DNA of 26,963 nucleotides from Thermomicrobiales bacterium (GTDB lineage: Bacteria > Chloroflexota > Chloroflexia > Thermomicrobiales > UBA6265). The notes under the pieces are model-generated. The model was given only the letters and a program-made list of their open reading frames with translations, did no database searches and had not been told where the DNA came from. The position numbers were made by a program, and so were the translations under genes. The stretch lies in assembly GCA_035634825.1 (NCBI GenBank), contig DASQCG010000112.1:1-26963 (forward strand), in the 5' to 3' direction. Below are positions 16,268 to 25,525 of the stretch, piece after piece (position 1 is the first letter of the stretch; each line of letters starts with the position of its first letter).

Positions 16268-17227
16268 CTACGCGACGGGTTTGCCGATGGTTGTGATCGG
16301 ACGGGCCTGGAACAGGTGCAGTCGGTCTCCGACGAGACCGCCTTCGAGGTCGACCGGGTGACCGAACTCGACCGCGAGCTTCCGGGTGAATGTGGCGATT
16401 GTGGCTGCCTGGGCGTCCGCGAGGGCGGGCAGGCGGCGCATGGCTCGTGGCACCGGAACGTGGCGCGTCCCCTCCGCGGCCGACTCGTCGGCCACGATCA
16501 TCGTCTCCTTGTCGCCGATCGTGTACGCAAGGATGGCGCCGGAGAGGCCGACCGTAATGTTGTCCGGCGTGACGATGCCGGAGACGATTGCCTCGCCCAA
16601 ACCCCATGCCGCGTTGATGACGACGTGGTCCTGGTTGCCGGTGACGGGGTCGGCGGAGAAGGCCACGAAGGAGACATCGCAGGGTACGAGCTGCTGGGCA
16701 ATGACGGCGATCGCGATGTCGTCGACGAGCCCCGAGGATCGGCGGTAGGTGATCGATCTGTCTGTCCAGAGCGAACCCCAGCAGCGACGGACCGCGGCCA
16801 CGAAGGCTTCCTCGGTCGTGACGCCGAGGATCGTATCGTGGAGGCCGGCAAAGGAGTAGCCTCCGCCGTCTTCATCGATGGCGGAGGAGCGGACGGCGAT
16901 GCGGGGCTCGGGACCAATGCGCTCACGGAGGACAGACCAGCCACGGCGAACGGTGTGCTCGACGGCGCCGGGCAGGGGAGTGTCGGCAATGGCCTGGCGA
17001 ACGGCGACCTCTGCTCCTGCGGCAAGGTGGGCGAGGCGCGAGGCCAGGGCGAGATGGGCGGCGAGATCGCGGTAGGCGTGGGTGGTGAAGGTGATCGCCG
17101 GCGGAACCGGCGCGCCGAGCGAGAAGAGCCGGCTCAGGCTGGCGCCTTTGCCACCGACCAGATCCCGACCGTGACATGCACCGTCAAGCCAAACGAGGCG
17201 ATCATCCTGCATCGGCAGCACGCCCAT
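16268..17227 (-). CDS. Stand-alone PEP/pyruvate-binding (ATP-grasp) domain of the PPDK/PEP-synthase type
   Basis: GGKGASL, AVRSSAIDED...SFAGLHDT, CWGSLW..R...YR, WGLGEAIVSG.VTPD, FQARPITT; ends without a His domain. Confidence 0.88.
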   Translation of the reverse strand: MGVLPMQDDRLVWLDGACHGRDLVGGKGASLSRLFSLGAPVPPAITFTTHAYRDLAAHLALASRLAHLAAGAEVAVRQAIADTPLPGAVEHTVRRGWSVLRERIGPEPRIAVRSSAIDEDGGGYSFAGLHDTILGVTTEEAFVAAVRRCWGSLWTDRSITYRRSSGLVDDIAIAVIAQQLVPCDVSFVAFSADPVTGNQDHVVINAAWGLGEAIVSGIVTPDNITVGLSGAILAYTIGDKETMIVADESAAEGTRHVPVPRAMRRLPALADAQAATIATFTRKLAVEFGHPVDLEGGLVGDRLHLFQARPITTIGKPVA

Positions 17228-17364
17228 CGCAGATCCCCAGCGCGATTGTTGTGGAAATATTAACGCCGACCATCATACACCACGGCAAATATCGGGCCGC
17301 AGCATCTCGAATTTCGGTGGATTACGCAGGTCGCTATGCGATTCCAGCAAATATGGTTTGCGGT

Positions 17365-17408
17365 CCCGAACGTATCGCGCGGAGGGTATTCGGCGCGATA
17401 CGTTCGGG
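17365..17408. terminator. 16-bp perfect hairpin at the end of the sugar operon; probable terminator
   Basis: CCCGAACGTATCGCGC-N12-GCGCGATACGTTCGGG, immediately after the stop at 17421 (minus strand); no U-tract. Confidence 0.7.
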
Positions 17409-17420
17409 CCTGGATTGTGG

Positions 17421-18182
17421 CTAGCCGGCCAGGGATTGCATGCCTTTTAGGCTGATTTGGGCGTCGGCGAGCGGGTCTTCGGGGTTGTCCTGCTCGACGA
17501 TGTACCACTCGGTGGTGCCTTTGGTCGTGTCGATGATCGTGCGCAGGTCCATGTGACCGGTGCCGATCGGGGCGTCGTGGCGGTCGGCGCCCTCGCCCTG
17601 CATGTCCTTGAAGTGGAGCAGCGGGTAGCGCTTGGGCGATGCCTTGAGCAACCCGAGCGTGTCCGCCCCGCCGTAGGTCGACCAGTAGCAATCGAGCTGG
17701 AGCAGGACGAGCGACGGATCGGTCTCGGCCATGATCAAGTCCCAGAGCGTGGTTCCATCGCCGCCGGGGATCGGCGCGAACTCGAAGTCGTGGTTGTGGT
17801 AGGCGAGCTGCAGACCGCACCGGGCGACATCCTCGGCGATCGGATTGAGGGTGGCGACGAACTCTTGCGCGGCCTTCATGCTGTTGCGGTGATCCTCGCC
17901 GATCCACGGCACGACCGCGTACTGGCAGCCGAGCGTGTGCAGATCGGAGCAGACCGATTCAGCGTCGGTCAGCAGGGTGGCGTACGGGACATGCGCGCTC
18001 GGCGCACTCAGGCCGCCGGCATTCATCTCGGCCCGGACCTCGGCCGCGGTGTGGCCGTGGAGACCGGCGAACTCGACGGCCGGATAACCCATCTCGGCGA
18101 TCGCCCGGAGCGTGCCGAGGAAGTCAGTCGTGGCTTTGGTGCGGACGGTATAGAGCTGCAGGCAAATCTGGTCGCGGTTCAT
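17421..18182 (-). CDS. Sugar phosphate isomerase/epimerase family TIM-barrel protein (AP_endonuc_2)
   Basis: LQLYTVR, VEFAG, LAYHNHDFEF, LQLDCYW, LLHFKD, IGTG..D, YIVEQD. Confidence 0.9.
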   Translation of the reverse strand: MNRDQICLQLYTVRTKATTDFLGTLRAIAEMGYPAVEFAGLHGHTAAEVRAEMNAGGLSAPSAHVPYATLLTDAESVCSDLHTLGCQYAVVPWIGEDHRNSMKAAQEFVATLNPIAEDVARCGLQLAYHNHDFEFAPIPGGDGTTLWDLIMAETDPSLVLLQLDCYWSTYGGADTLGLLKASPKRYPLLHFKDMQGEGADRHDAPIGTGHMDLRTIIDTTKGTTEWYIVEQDNPEDPLADAQISLKGMQSLAG

Positions 18183-18217
18183 TGGTTCCCTCCCCCTGTC
18201 TGATGTTTCGATTGCGG

Positions 18218-18235
18218 GAGCGCGGGGCCGCGCTC
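18218..18235. other. Small intercistronic hairpin
   Basis: GAGCGCG-GGGC-CGCGCTC, 7-bp stem between the Gfo and TIM-barrel genes. Confidence 0.4.
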
Positions 18236-18248
18236 GGGGTCTCGTGCC

Positions 18249-19346
18249 CTAGAACGTGGTTTCGAGCGAGACGGTCTCGCCGGAGGCCGCTCCCTTGGCG
18301 GCCGCGAGCATGATGTCGAGGACGTGGCAGGCGTGCTCCGCCGTCAGGATCGGCTCCTCCTCGCCGCGCAGACAACCGATGAAATGGGGCACGCCGGCCC
18401 CGATCAGGTTGCCGTGCGGGCTCGCGACCGGCGGTTGGACGGTCTGCCAATCCTCGATGCCGAGCGGTGACTCGTCCCGAATGAAGATATCGACCGGGCC
18501 GTTGGCGTTGTACCACTCCTGCGTCGAAAAGCTGACCGTGCCGCTGGTCCCGTGCAGCTCGAGCGCCGGCATTTTCGTTCGCGGCACAGCGAAGCTGGAG
18601 AGAATCTGGGCGAAAACGTTGTTGCCGAAATCAAGGTGAATAAGCATTTGATCGTTTGTGCCGACCTCGATCTCGGTACCGAGCAGCCGCTCGATCAGGA
18701 CGGTCCGCTTCGGGATCACGATGCCGCCGAAGGACTGGATCCGCTTGACGGGGCCGAGCAGGCCGGTGATCGCGTGGAGAACGTAAACGCCGGTGTCGAT
18801 CAGCGGGCCGACGCCGGCGGTGTAGAAGACGGCCGGATCGCCGGTGTACTGCCGCCAGCCCGAGGGGCCCATGTTCGCCATCTGCGCGACCGCGAGGGTG
18901 GGCTGGCCGATCTTGCCGGCTTCGATGACGCGCTTCAGCCAGCGCATCCGGTTCGTCGCCATTACCGCCGGCGCGCAGAAGAGCAGCTTGCCCTTCTGCT
19001 TCGCGAGCGCGATCAACTCCTGCCCATCGTCGACCGATCCGGCCAGCGGCTTCTCGCTGAAGACATCGAGGCTGGCGTTGAGGAGTGCGGTCGTAACTTC
19101 GCAATGGAGCGGCGCGGGGGTGAGGTTGACGGCAGCGTTCAGGCCCGGGTGTTGGAGTAGAGCATCGAGACTGGTGACAGCGACCGCGCCGGGAAACAGG
19201 GCCGCAGCTCGCTTCGCCCGCTCCTCGAGCGGGTCGAAGCAGACGGCGACCGCGGCCGAGCCGCCGGCGATGACGGGCGCCAGACCCGGAAAGTAGGTGC
19301 GGAAGGCGACATCGCCGCAGCCGACGATACCAAGCGCGATCGTCAC
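18249..19346 (-). CDS. Gfo/Idh/MocA family NAD(P)-dependent oxidoreductase
   Basis: Rossmann GIVGCGDVA, NLTPAPLH, VFSEKPLA, GPLIDTGVY, LELHGTSGTV; GAGGAG SD before the GTG start. Confidence 0.92.
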   Translation of the reverse strand: MTIALGIVGCGDVAFRTYFPGLAPVIAGGSAAVAVCFDPLEERAKRAAALFPGAVAVTSLDALLQHPGLNAAVNLTPAPLHCEVTTALLNASLDVFSEKPLAGSVDDGQELIALAKQKGKLLFCAPAVMATNRMRWLKRVIEAGKIGQPTLAVAQMANMGPSGWRQYTGDPAVFYTAGVGPLIDTGVYVLHAITGLLGPVKRIQSFGGIVIPKRTVLIERLLGTEIEVGTNDQMLIHLDFGNNVFAQILSSFAVPRTKMPALELHGTSGTVSFSTQEWYNANGPVDIFIRDESPLGIEDWQTVQPPVASPHGNLIGAGVPHFIGCLRGEEEPILTAEHACHVLDIMLAAAKGAASGETVSLETTF

Positions 19347-19382
19347 GAAGGTACTCCTCTCATATCAAACATCCAATTTCGT

Positions 19383-20408
19383 TCAGGCATCGACCTCGCC
19401 AGATCCATAGAGATGGCAGCGCACCCAGTGGCCAATCGCGACGTCGACCGCGCCGGGCATCACCTCACGGCAGACCGGCATCACACGTGGACAACGGGCG
19501 GCGAAGGGGCAACCGGGCGGAGGCTCGACCAAGGGCGGCACCTCGCCTCGTGCCTCGACCCGGGTCCGTTGCGCGCGCGGGTCCGGTACGGCCGAGAGCA
19601 GCAGCTTCGTATAGGGATGGGCGGGAGCCGAAACCAGCTCCTCGCTCGGCGCGCCCTCGACCATCCGGCCGGCGTACATGACATGGGTGCGATCGCCGAT
19701 GTACCGGGCGCTGGCGAGGTCGTGCGTGATGTAGAGGTAGGCAAGACCGCGCTCGTGCTTGAGTCGCTCCATCAGGTTCAGGATGCCCATCCGGATCGAG
19801 ACATCGAGCATCGAAATCGGCTCATCGGCCAAGAGCAGCTTCGGATCAGGCGCCAGGGCCCGGGCGATCGCAACGCGCTGGCGCTGCCCGCCCGAGAGCT
19901 GATGCGGGAACTTGGACGCGTAGGTTGCGGCTGGCTCCAGTCCGACGGTCTTGAGCAGCTCGTACATCGCGTCCCGCGTCTCACCCCGGCCGTGGGTCTT
20001 CTTGTGGATCTTGAGCGGCCGGGTCAGGTGGTAGCCGATCGAGTGGACCGGGTTGAGCGAGCCGAAGGGGTCCTGGAAGACCATCTGGACCTCGCTGCGG
20101 TAATGCAGCGACGGACCCCTCGGTTCCTTGGCGAGAACATCGACGCCGTTGAAGCGGATCTGGCCAGCGGTTGGCTCGATCAGGCGCGCGATCAGGCGCG
20201 CGGTCGTGCTCTTGCCGCTGCCGGATTCGCCGACGACCGAGATCACCTCGCCCCGATGGACGCTGAAAGAGACGTCCTGGAGTGCGTGTAGGTTGATAGT
20301 CTGGAACAGGCCGCCGATCGGGAACTGCTTGCTGAGCCGCTTGACCTCGAGGAGTGGGGAGCTCGTCTCAAGCTGGTGTTTGACGGGGTTCGCGATCGCC
20401 TGGGCCAT
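19383..20408 (-). CDS. Oligopeptide/oligosaccharide ABC transporter ATP-binding subunit (OppF/AppF-like)
   Basis: Walker A GESGSGKST, QMVFQDP, signature LSGGQRQR, LLADEP, C-terminal HPYT and GCPFAARCP. Confidence 0.95.
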   Translation of the reverse strand: MAQAIANPVKHQLETSSPLLEVKRLSKQFPIGGLFQTINLHALQDVSFSVHRGEVISVVGESGSGKSTTARLIARLIEPTAGQIRFNGVDVLAKEPRGPSLHYRSEVQMVFQDPFGSLNPVHSIGYHLTRPLKIHKKTHGRGETRDAMYELLKTVGLEPAATYASKFPHQLSGGQRQRVAIARALAPDPKLLLADEPISMLDVSIRMGILNLMERLKHERGLAYLYITHDLASARYIGDRTHVMYAGRMVEGAPSEELVSAPAHPYTKLLLSAVPDPRAQRTRVEARGEVPPLVEPPPGCPFAARCPRVMPVCREVMPGAVDVAIGHWVRCHLYGSGEVDA

Positions 20409-20430
20409 GGCTCTTCCTAACTAATGGTGA

Positions 20431-21438
20431 TCACGAATAGAGGTGACAGGCGACCCAATGTCCGGGTCGGACCTCGCTCAATTGCGGCTCGATCTCGGCG
20501 TGCCTCGGCTGGAACTTCGGGCAGCGTGGATGGAACCGGCAACCGGTTGGCGGACAGGACATATCCGGTGGGCTGCCGGGGATGCCGGTCAGACGGATCT
20601 TCTCGCCGGTCAAGGTCGGGAAGGAGGTCATGAGCCCCTTCGTATAGGGATGGAGCGGATTGGCGAAGAGCTCGGCCGCCGGGGCCAGCTCAACGATCTG
20701 GCCGGCGTACATGATCGCGATCCGATCCGAGAACTCGACCAGCAAGGAGAGGTCGTGGGTGATAAAGAGGATCGAGAAGCCGAGGCTGGTCTTGAGATCC
20801 TCGATCTGCTGCATGATCTCCTTCTGCACGACGACGTCGAGCGCTGTTGTCGGCTCGTCGAGGATCATCATTGGTGGATCGAGGGCGAGGGCCATCGCGA
20901 TCATCGCGCGCTGGCGCATACCGCCGGAAAACTCGTGCGGGTAGGATTCGATCCGCTCGGCGTCGATCCCGACGATCTCGAGCAGCTCTTTCGCGCGCTC
21001 CCTGGCAGCTGGCCGGGAGCGGGAGGGGTCGTGCGCTCGAATGACATCGACCATCTGATCGCCGACCGAGAGGACCGGGTTGAGCGCATTCATCGCGCTC
21101 TGGAAGACCATCGAGATCTGCTCCCAGCGGAAATCCTCGAGCTGCGTATCGGACATCGCGAGGATGTCCTGGTCCCGAAAATGGACGTCGCCGCTGGTGA
21201 TGATCGCGGGTGGGCCGAGCAGGCGAAGCAGGGCGAGCGCGACGGTCGACTTGCCGCAACCGGATTCCCCAGCCAGGCCGAAGACTTCTCCGGGCGCAAT
21301 GTCGAAGCTGATGCCATCGACTGCCCGCACCGCTCCCTCCACCGCCTGGTACTCGACAGCGAGGTTGTGGACCTCGAGTAGCGGTTCAATGTCGGTCCGG
21401 AGGTGTGCGGCCGGTTTCGGGGTTGCCTCACGCAGCAT
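20431..21438 (-). CDS. Oligopeptide/oligosaccharide ABC transporter ATP-binding subunit (OppD/AppD-like)
   Basis: GESGCGKST, FQSAMNALNP, FSGGMRQR, ILDEPTTALD, HPYT, GCRFHPRCP. Confidence 0.95.
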   Translation of the reverse strand: MLREATPKPAAHLRTDIEPLLEVHNLAVEYQAVEGAVRAVDGISFDIAPGEVFGLAGESGCGKSTVALALLRLLGPPAIITSGDVHFRDQDILAMSDTQLEDFRWEQISMVFQSAMNALNPVLSVGDQMVDVIRAHDPSRSRPAARERAKELLEIVGIDAERIESYPHEFSGGMRQRAMIAMALALDPPMMILDEPTTALDVVVQKEIMQQIEDLKTSLGFSILFITHDLSLLVEFSDRIAIMYAGQIVELAPAAELFANPLHPYTKGLMTSFPTLTGEKIRLTGIPGSPPDMSCPPTGCRFHPRCPKFQPRHAEIEPQLSEVRPGHWVACHLYS

Positions 21439-22474
21439 GGCGCACCACCGGAGTCGCGCGGCCGGCCTTGCGCAAGCTGCGGCCCGACTTGCGGAGCGCG
21501 TCGCTGGCGAGTCGCTGGGCCCGCAGGCGCGGATTTGTCACCTCATCCACCGCGTAATTGATCAGAGCGAAGGCGAAGGCAACCAGGGCAATCGCGAGGC
21601 CGGAGGGAATCACGGTCCACCAGGCGCCTGTCAAGAGCGCACCGCTGTTGCCTGCCCAGTAAAGGTTCGTGCCCCAGCTGATCACGCTCGGGTTGCCAAG
21701 GCCGAGGAACTGGAGCGCGCTCAGGGCGCCGATTGCGTAGATCGTCGTCCCAAACATGTTGGCGGCTGCTAGCGAGGTCATGTTGGGGAAGATCTCCACG
21801 AAGATGATCCGGAATGTGCTCTCGCCGCTGACCTCGGCGGCGGAGACGAAGTCCTTCTCACGCAGCGAGAGTGTCTGCGAACGGAGGACGCGTGCACCCC
21901 ACGCCCAGCTCGTCACGGTCAGGACGGCGATGAAATACCACGAGCCGCCGCTGCCGAGGAAGCCAACCAGCACCACCAGCAGAGGCAAGGCGGGAATGAT
22001 CAGGAAGACATTGGTGATCAGGGAAAGCAGATCGTCGATCTTGCCGCCAAAGTAGCCGGCGGTCATGCCAATCAGGGCAGAGAGCATCGTGGTCAGGATG
22101 CCAACCATGATACCGACCCCAAGGGTCTGGCGGGCTCCCCAAATTGTTTGATCGAACACATCCTGACCTGCTCCGGTGGTACCGAACCAGTGCTCGCTGG
22201 ATGGGGCGAGGTGGCGGCGAGAGACAATGTCGTTCGCATCGCCAGGCGAGATGACCGGAGCGAGGATCGCGACGGCAAAGAAGAAGAGCAGCATTAGCGC
22301 ACCGGCGACCGCCTTGCGGTTATGGAGGAAGGGCCGGACGCGCTCGAAGGTCGGCGCGCGCAGGCCGCGACGCGCGGGAATCTGGTCGCCCTGGCCCTGG
22401 GGAATCGTCACCACACCGGCAATCGTCCCGGCCGGTGCCGTCGCTGGGCGTTCCTCTGCTCGTTGCTCGATCAT
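21428..22474 (-). CDS. ABC transporter permease (OppC/DppC-like)
   Basis: PSSEHWFGT...GQDVF, EAA-like loop FVSAAEVSGES..RIIF.EIFPN, LQFLGLG. Confidence 0.93.
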   Translation of the reverse strand: MIEQRAEERPATAPAGTIAGVVTIPQGQGDQIPARRGLRAPTFERVRPFLHNRKAVAGALMLLFFFAVAILAPVISPGDANDIVSRRHLAPSSEHWFGTTGAGQDVFDQTIWGARQTLGVGIMVGILTTMLSALIGMTAGYFGGKIDDLLSLITNVFLIIPALPLLVVLVGFLGSGGSWYFIAVLTVTSWAWGARVLRSQTLSLREKDFVSAAEVSGESTFRIIFVEIFPNMTSLAAANMFGTTIYAIGALSALQFLGLGNPSVISWGTNLYWAGNSGALLTGAWWTVIPSGLAIALVAFAFALINYAVDEVTNPRLRAQRLASDALRKSGRSLRKAGRATPVVRHAA

Positions 22475-22501
22475 CCGCTTCCTCCCGTCACCCTACGGCG
22501 A

Positions 22502-23479
22502 TTAGCGTGATCGGACCCGTGGGTCCATCCGAACATACAAGATGTCCACGAGAAAATTGGCGGTGAGCACGGCCAGCGTGATCATCAGGAATAACCCCTG
22601 CATCAGTGGATAATCGAGGCCGCGGACCGCGTTCAGGAGCTGGTAGCCGAGTCCTGGATATGAAAAGACGACCTCAGTGATGAGCGCGCCGCTGAGGACG
22701 AAGCCGAGCGCCATGCCGAACGCGGTGATGTTTGGCAGCAGGGCATTCCGGGCGGCGTACGCAAACATGACGCGCCGCTGGGACAGTCCCTTCGCCTCAG
22801 CCATCGTCACGTAATCCTCTGCCAGGACCCCAATCATCGTATTGCGCATGCCGAGCACCCACCCGCCGATCGAGACGACGATGATGGTCGCTGCCGGGAG
22901 TATGAGGTGCGATCCGACGCTCCTGATGAATTCCCAGTCCCAAGCAGGGCTCAATCCCTCGGCATAGGCATGGCGCAGCGGGAACACATCCCACTTGAAT
23001 CCGAGGAAGAAGAGGGCGACCGCTGCGAGCCAGAAATAGGGGAAGCTTCCAACGAAGATGAGCAGAGGCGGAAGAACCGAGTCGACCATTCCGCCGCGTT
23101 TCCAGGCTCCGACGATTCCGAGCACACAGCCGATCACGAAGCTGAGGATGACGGCGGTCAGGCCGAGCAGCAGTGTCCAGGCCAGTCCAGTCTTAATGAC
23201 ATCAGTGACCGGCGCGGGGAAATAGACGAAGGACGTGCCGAGGTTCCCGCTAAAGACGGACTTGACATAGTTCCAGTACTGGACTGGGAGCGGATCATCG
23301 GACAGCCCGTAGGCCTGCTTCATCGCTTCGATTGCTTCGGGCCGCATCCGGCCCTGGGCACGGGCAAATATCACCGAAGCCGGATCGCCCGGCATCATTC
23401 GTGGCAGCAGGAAGTTCAGCGTGAGTGATGCCCAGGCCGCAATCAGGTAAAAGCCAAGGCGGCGAAGAATGAATCTCAC
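22502..23479 (-). CDS. ABC transporter permease (OppB/DppB-like)
   Basis: MPGDPA, YGL.DDPL..QY, EAA loop DYVTMAEAKGL, EVVFSYPGLG, DYPLMQG. GTG start at 23479 with GGAGG SD (the ORF track extends to 23512). Confidence 0.93.
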   Translation of the reverse strand: MRFILRRLGFYLIAAWASLTLNFLLPRMMPGDPASVIFARAQGRMRPEAIEAMKQAYGLSDDPLPVQYWNYVKSVFSGNLGTSFVYFPAPVTDVIKTGLAWTLLLGLTAVILSFVIGCVLGIVGAWKRGGMVDSVLPPLLIFVGSFPYFWLAAVALFFLGFKWDVFPLRHAYAEGLSPAWDWEFIRSVGSHLILPAATIIVVSIGGWVLGMRNTMIGVLAEDYVTMAEAKGLSQRRVMFAYAARNALLPNITAFGMALGFVLSGALITEVVFSYPGLGYQLLNAVRGLDYPLMQGLFLMITLAVLTANFLVDILYVRMDPRVRSR

Positions 23480-23600
23480 GAATTGAACCCTCCTCTGCGC
23501 TGAGTCGAGCAATGCAGCAATGCGTCACCCTGAATCTACCGCTTTCGTCAATGCGGTGCGCAACGCTCCGACACGGATTGCCTTGCCTTTGGCCATGGGA

Positions 23601-23636
23601 CCAGATCGGGGCCGACCAGCCTCGGCCCCGATCTGG
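23601..23636. other. 15-bp perfect stem-loop directly after the binding-protein gene
   Basis: CCAGATCGGGGCCGA-N6-TCGGCCCCGATCTGG; this is the typical position of an mRNA-stabilising or attenuating hairpin that raises binding-protein levels relative to the permeases. Confidence 0.7.
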
Positions 23637-23646
23637 AGGAGGTTGG

Positions 23647-25422
23647 CTAGGACGCGGGCCGCGGCTTGATCGTGGTCAAGGACAGGCACCGCTCGGTGTA
23701 TCCGTAGCACGACAGGATCGTGTACGGGTTGTCCGCGTCCGGGAAGTCGATGAACCGGGTGGAGTTGTACTCACCCCACTGCGGACCGGGGAAGAGGGGG
23801 ATCGCCGGGAACTTCTCGACGAAGAGCGTCTGGAGCTGGTTGACCATCTCCGCTTTCGCCGCGTCATCGGTCGAGGCCGCGAAATCGGCGAGAAGCTTGT
23901 CGGCGTCGGCATCCTTGAATCGGTGCCAGTTCTCGTTGCCAACCGTGCCGATGTCTTCGTATGTCAACGACGACATCTGCCCGCGGTAGTAGTTGTACGG
24001 AGTCGGACCACCGGCGCTCCAGCCGATCGAGATATCGAATTCGCCCTTGGTGACCTTCTCGTACCAGGCGGCAAAGTCGTAGGCCTTGACCTCCGCCTTG
24101 ATACCGATCTCCTCGAGGTTTTGGGCAATGATCTGGACAGACTGCACCCAGTCGGACCAGCCGGTGACGACATTGATCTCGTACTTCATCTCGCTGCCGT
24201 CCGCGAGTTTGCGGACATCGCCGTCCTTGGCTAGGCCGGCATCGTCGAGCAGTTTGTTGGCCGCGTCGACATCGCGGGTGACTGCCGCCGCGCCGCTGTC
24301 AACCGCGGACTGGCTCTTCCAGGTTGGGTAGGCGTCGCTGAGACCCGTTGCATCGGCCGGTTGCGTGTAGTCGTACATCGCGATCTGGACGATCTGGGCG
24401 CGATCAAGCGCCATGCTGAACGCCTTGCGCACATTGACGTCGTCGAACGGCGCCTTCGTGCAGTTGACGTAGAGCATGACTTCGTCACCGGTGGCAGGGA
24501 ACCAGTAGTGGTTGTGCTCCGGGTCCTTGGAGACGTAGGCGTTCTCAATGTCAGGAATGAAGTTGGATGCCCAGTCGATCTCGCCGTTGACCGTTGCCAG
24601 GTTGGCAGTTTCGTTGTCGGGGAGAGCCGGGAAGCGAAAACCCTTGATGTAGGGCTTGCCTTCCTGCCAGTAGTTCGGGTTGGCAAGGACCTCGTAGTAC
24701 TGGGCCTCGAACTTGCCAATCTCAGTGAAGGGGCCTGAACCGACCGGGTTTTCGTTTGTGAACGTGACCGGATCCTCGACGTCCTTCCAGATGTGCTCCG
24801 GAACGATCATCGACTCACCAATGTCCCACAGGCCGGGCGTGAACGCCTCGCTGAAGGTGAACACGGCCGTTGTGTCGTCGGGCGCCTCAATCTTGGTCAC
24901 GTACCCGTCGAGCACAGCGCGAGCGCCGCCTGCGCCACCCGTGAGCGCGGTTTTCTCCTTCATCAGATTGAAGGTGAATGCCACGTCCTTGGCCGTGAGC
25001 GGGGTGCCATCGGACCATTTCACACCCTCGCGGATGGTGAAGGTGAGGGTCTTGGCGTCGGCCGAGAACTCCCATTTCGTGGCCAGCCATGGCAAGGTCT
25101 CGCCATTGATTACGTTGTAGACGAGGAGGGGCTCGTAGACCCCACAGTGGGTTGGCCAGCGAACGCTTCCCTCGTTCAGGAGCGGGTTGAAGTTCCGCAG
25201 CCACGTCTGCTGAGCTTCGGTGGAAACGGAAACCAATTCGTCTTGCCGGATGTCCTGCGCAAGCACGGTGCGGGTACCAAGCTTGATACCGGTTGCTCCG
25301 GCTGCGGCGAGTCCCAGTGATCGCCAGAGCAATTGGCGACGGTCCATCTCCGCTTTCTTCAGCTGCGTCGCTGCGTCGAGTACGAGCTTTCGGGCTTCCC
25401 CGGTCGATCGATCAGAGCCCAT
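23647..25422 (-). CDS. ABC substrate-binding protein, family 5 (OppA fold), probably oligosaccharide-binding
   Basis: NFNPL, YEPLL..N...GE..PWLATKW, FTIREGVKWSDGTPLTAKDVAFTF, NPVGSGPF, NP.YW; twin-arginine signal DRRQLL; GGAGG SD. Confidence 0.93.
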   Translation of the reverse strand: MGSDRSTGEARKLVLDAATQLKKAEMDRRQLLWRSLGLAAAGATGIKLGTRTVLAQDIRQDELVSVSTEAQQTWLRNFNPLLNEGSVRWPTHCGVYEPLLVYNVINGETLPWLATKWEFSADAKTLTFTIREGVKWSDGTPLTAKDVAFTFNLMKEKTALTGGAGGARAVLDGYVTKIEAPDDTTAVFTFSEAFTPGLWDIGESMIVPEHIWKDVEDPVTFTNENPVGSGPFTEIGKFEAQYYEVLANPNYWQEGKPYIKGFRFPALPDNETANLATVNGEIDWASNFIPDIENAYVSKDPEHNHYWFPATGDEVMLYVNCTKAPFDDVNVRKAFSMALDRAQIVQIAMYDYTQPADATGLSDAYPTWKSQSAVDSGAAAVTRDVDAANKLLDDAGLAKDGDVRKLADGSEMKYEINVVTGWSDWVQSVQIIAQNLEEIGIKAEVKAYDFAAWYEKVTKGEFDISIGWSAGGPTPYNYYRGQMSSLTYEDIGTVGNENWHRFKDADADKLLADFAASTDDAAKAEMVNQLQTLFVEKFPAIPLFPGPQWGEYNSTRFIDFPDADNPYTILSCYGYTERCLSLTTIKPRPAS

Positions 25423-25453
25423 CGTTGCGCCTCCGTCCTCCCAGATGTTCCTG

Positions 25454-25473
25454 AGCCGGCGCCGCCGCCGGCT
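25454..25473. other. Hairpin between lacI and the binding-protein gene
   Basis: AGCCGGCG-CCGC-CGCCGGCT, 8-bp perfect stem. Confidence 0.45.
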
Positions 25474-25525
25474 GTCCTGTTATGTGCCGCGGTGGCCCAG
25501 GTGCCGACCGCGAATAGGACCACTG

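Noticed and set aside
14506-17227. Annotation as PEP synthase/PPDK or as a pseudogene
   Set aside because: The PEP/pyruvate TIM-barrel domain is absent. Both halves have intact catalytic motifs, their own SD and start codon, and a clean 73-nt gap, which fits genuine split subunits.
17304-17319. ATCTCGAATTTCGG resembling the MhqR operator
   Set aside because: Only the left half matches, the symmetry breaks down, and it is far from the mhq-like genes.
17228-17420. Rifamycin-associated element upstream of the RPH-like genes
   Set aside because: No such GC-rich palindrome is visible in this intergenic region, so rifamycin-inducible resistance is not supported and I do not call the genes rph.
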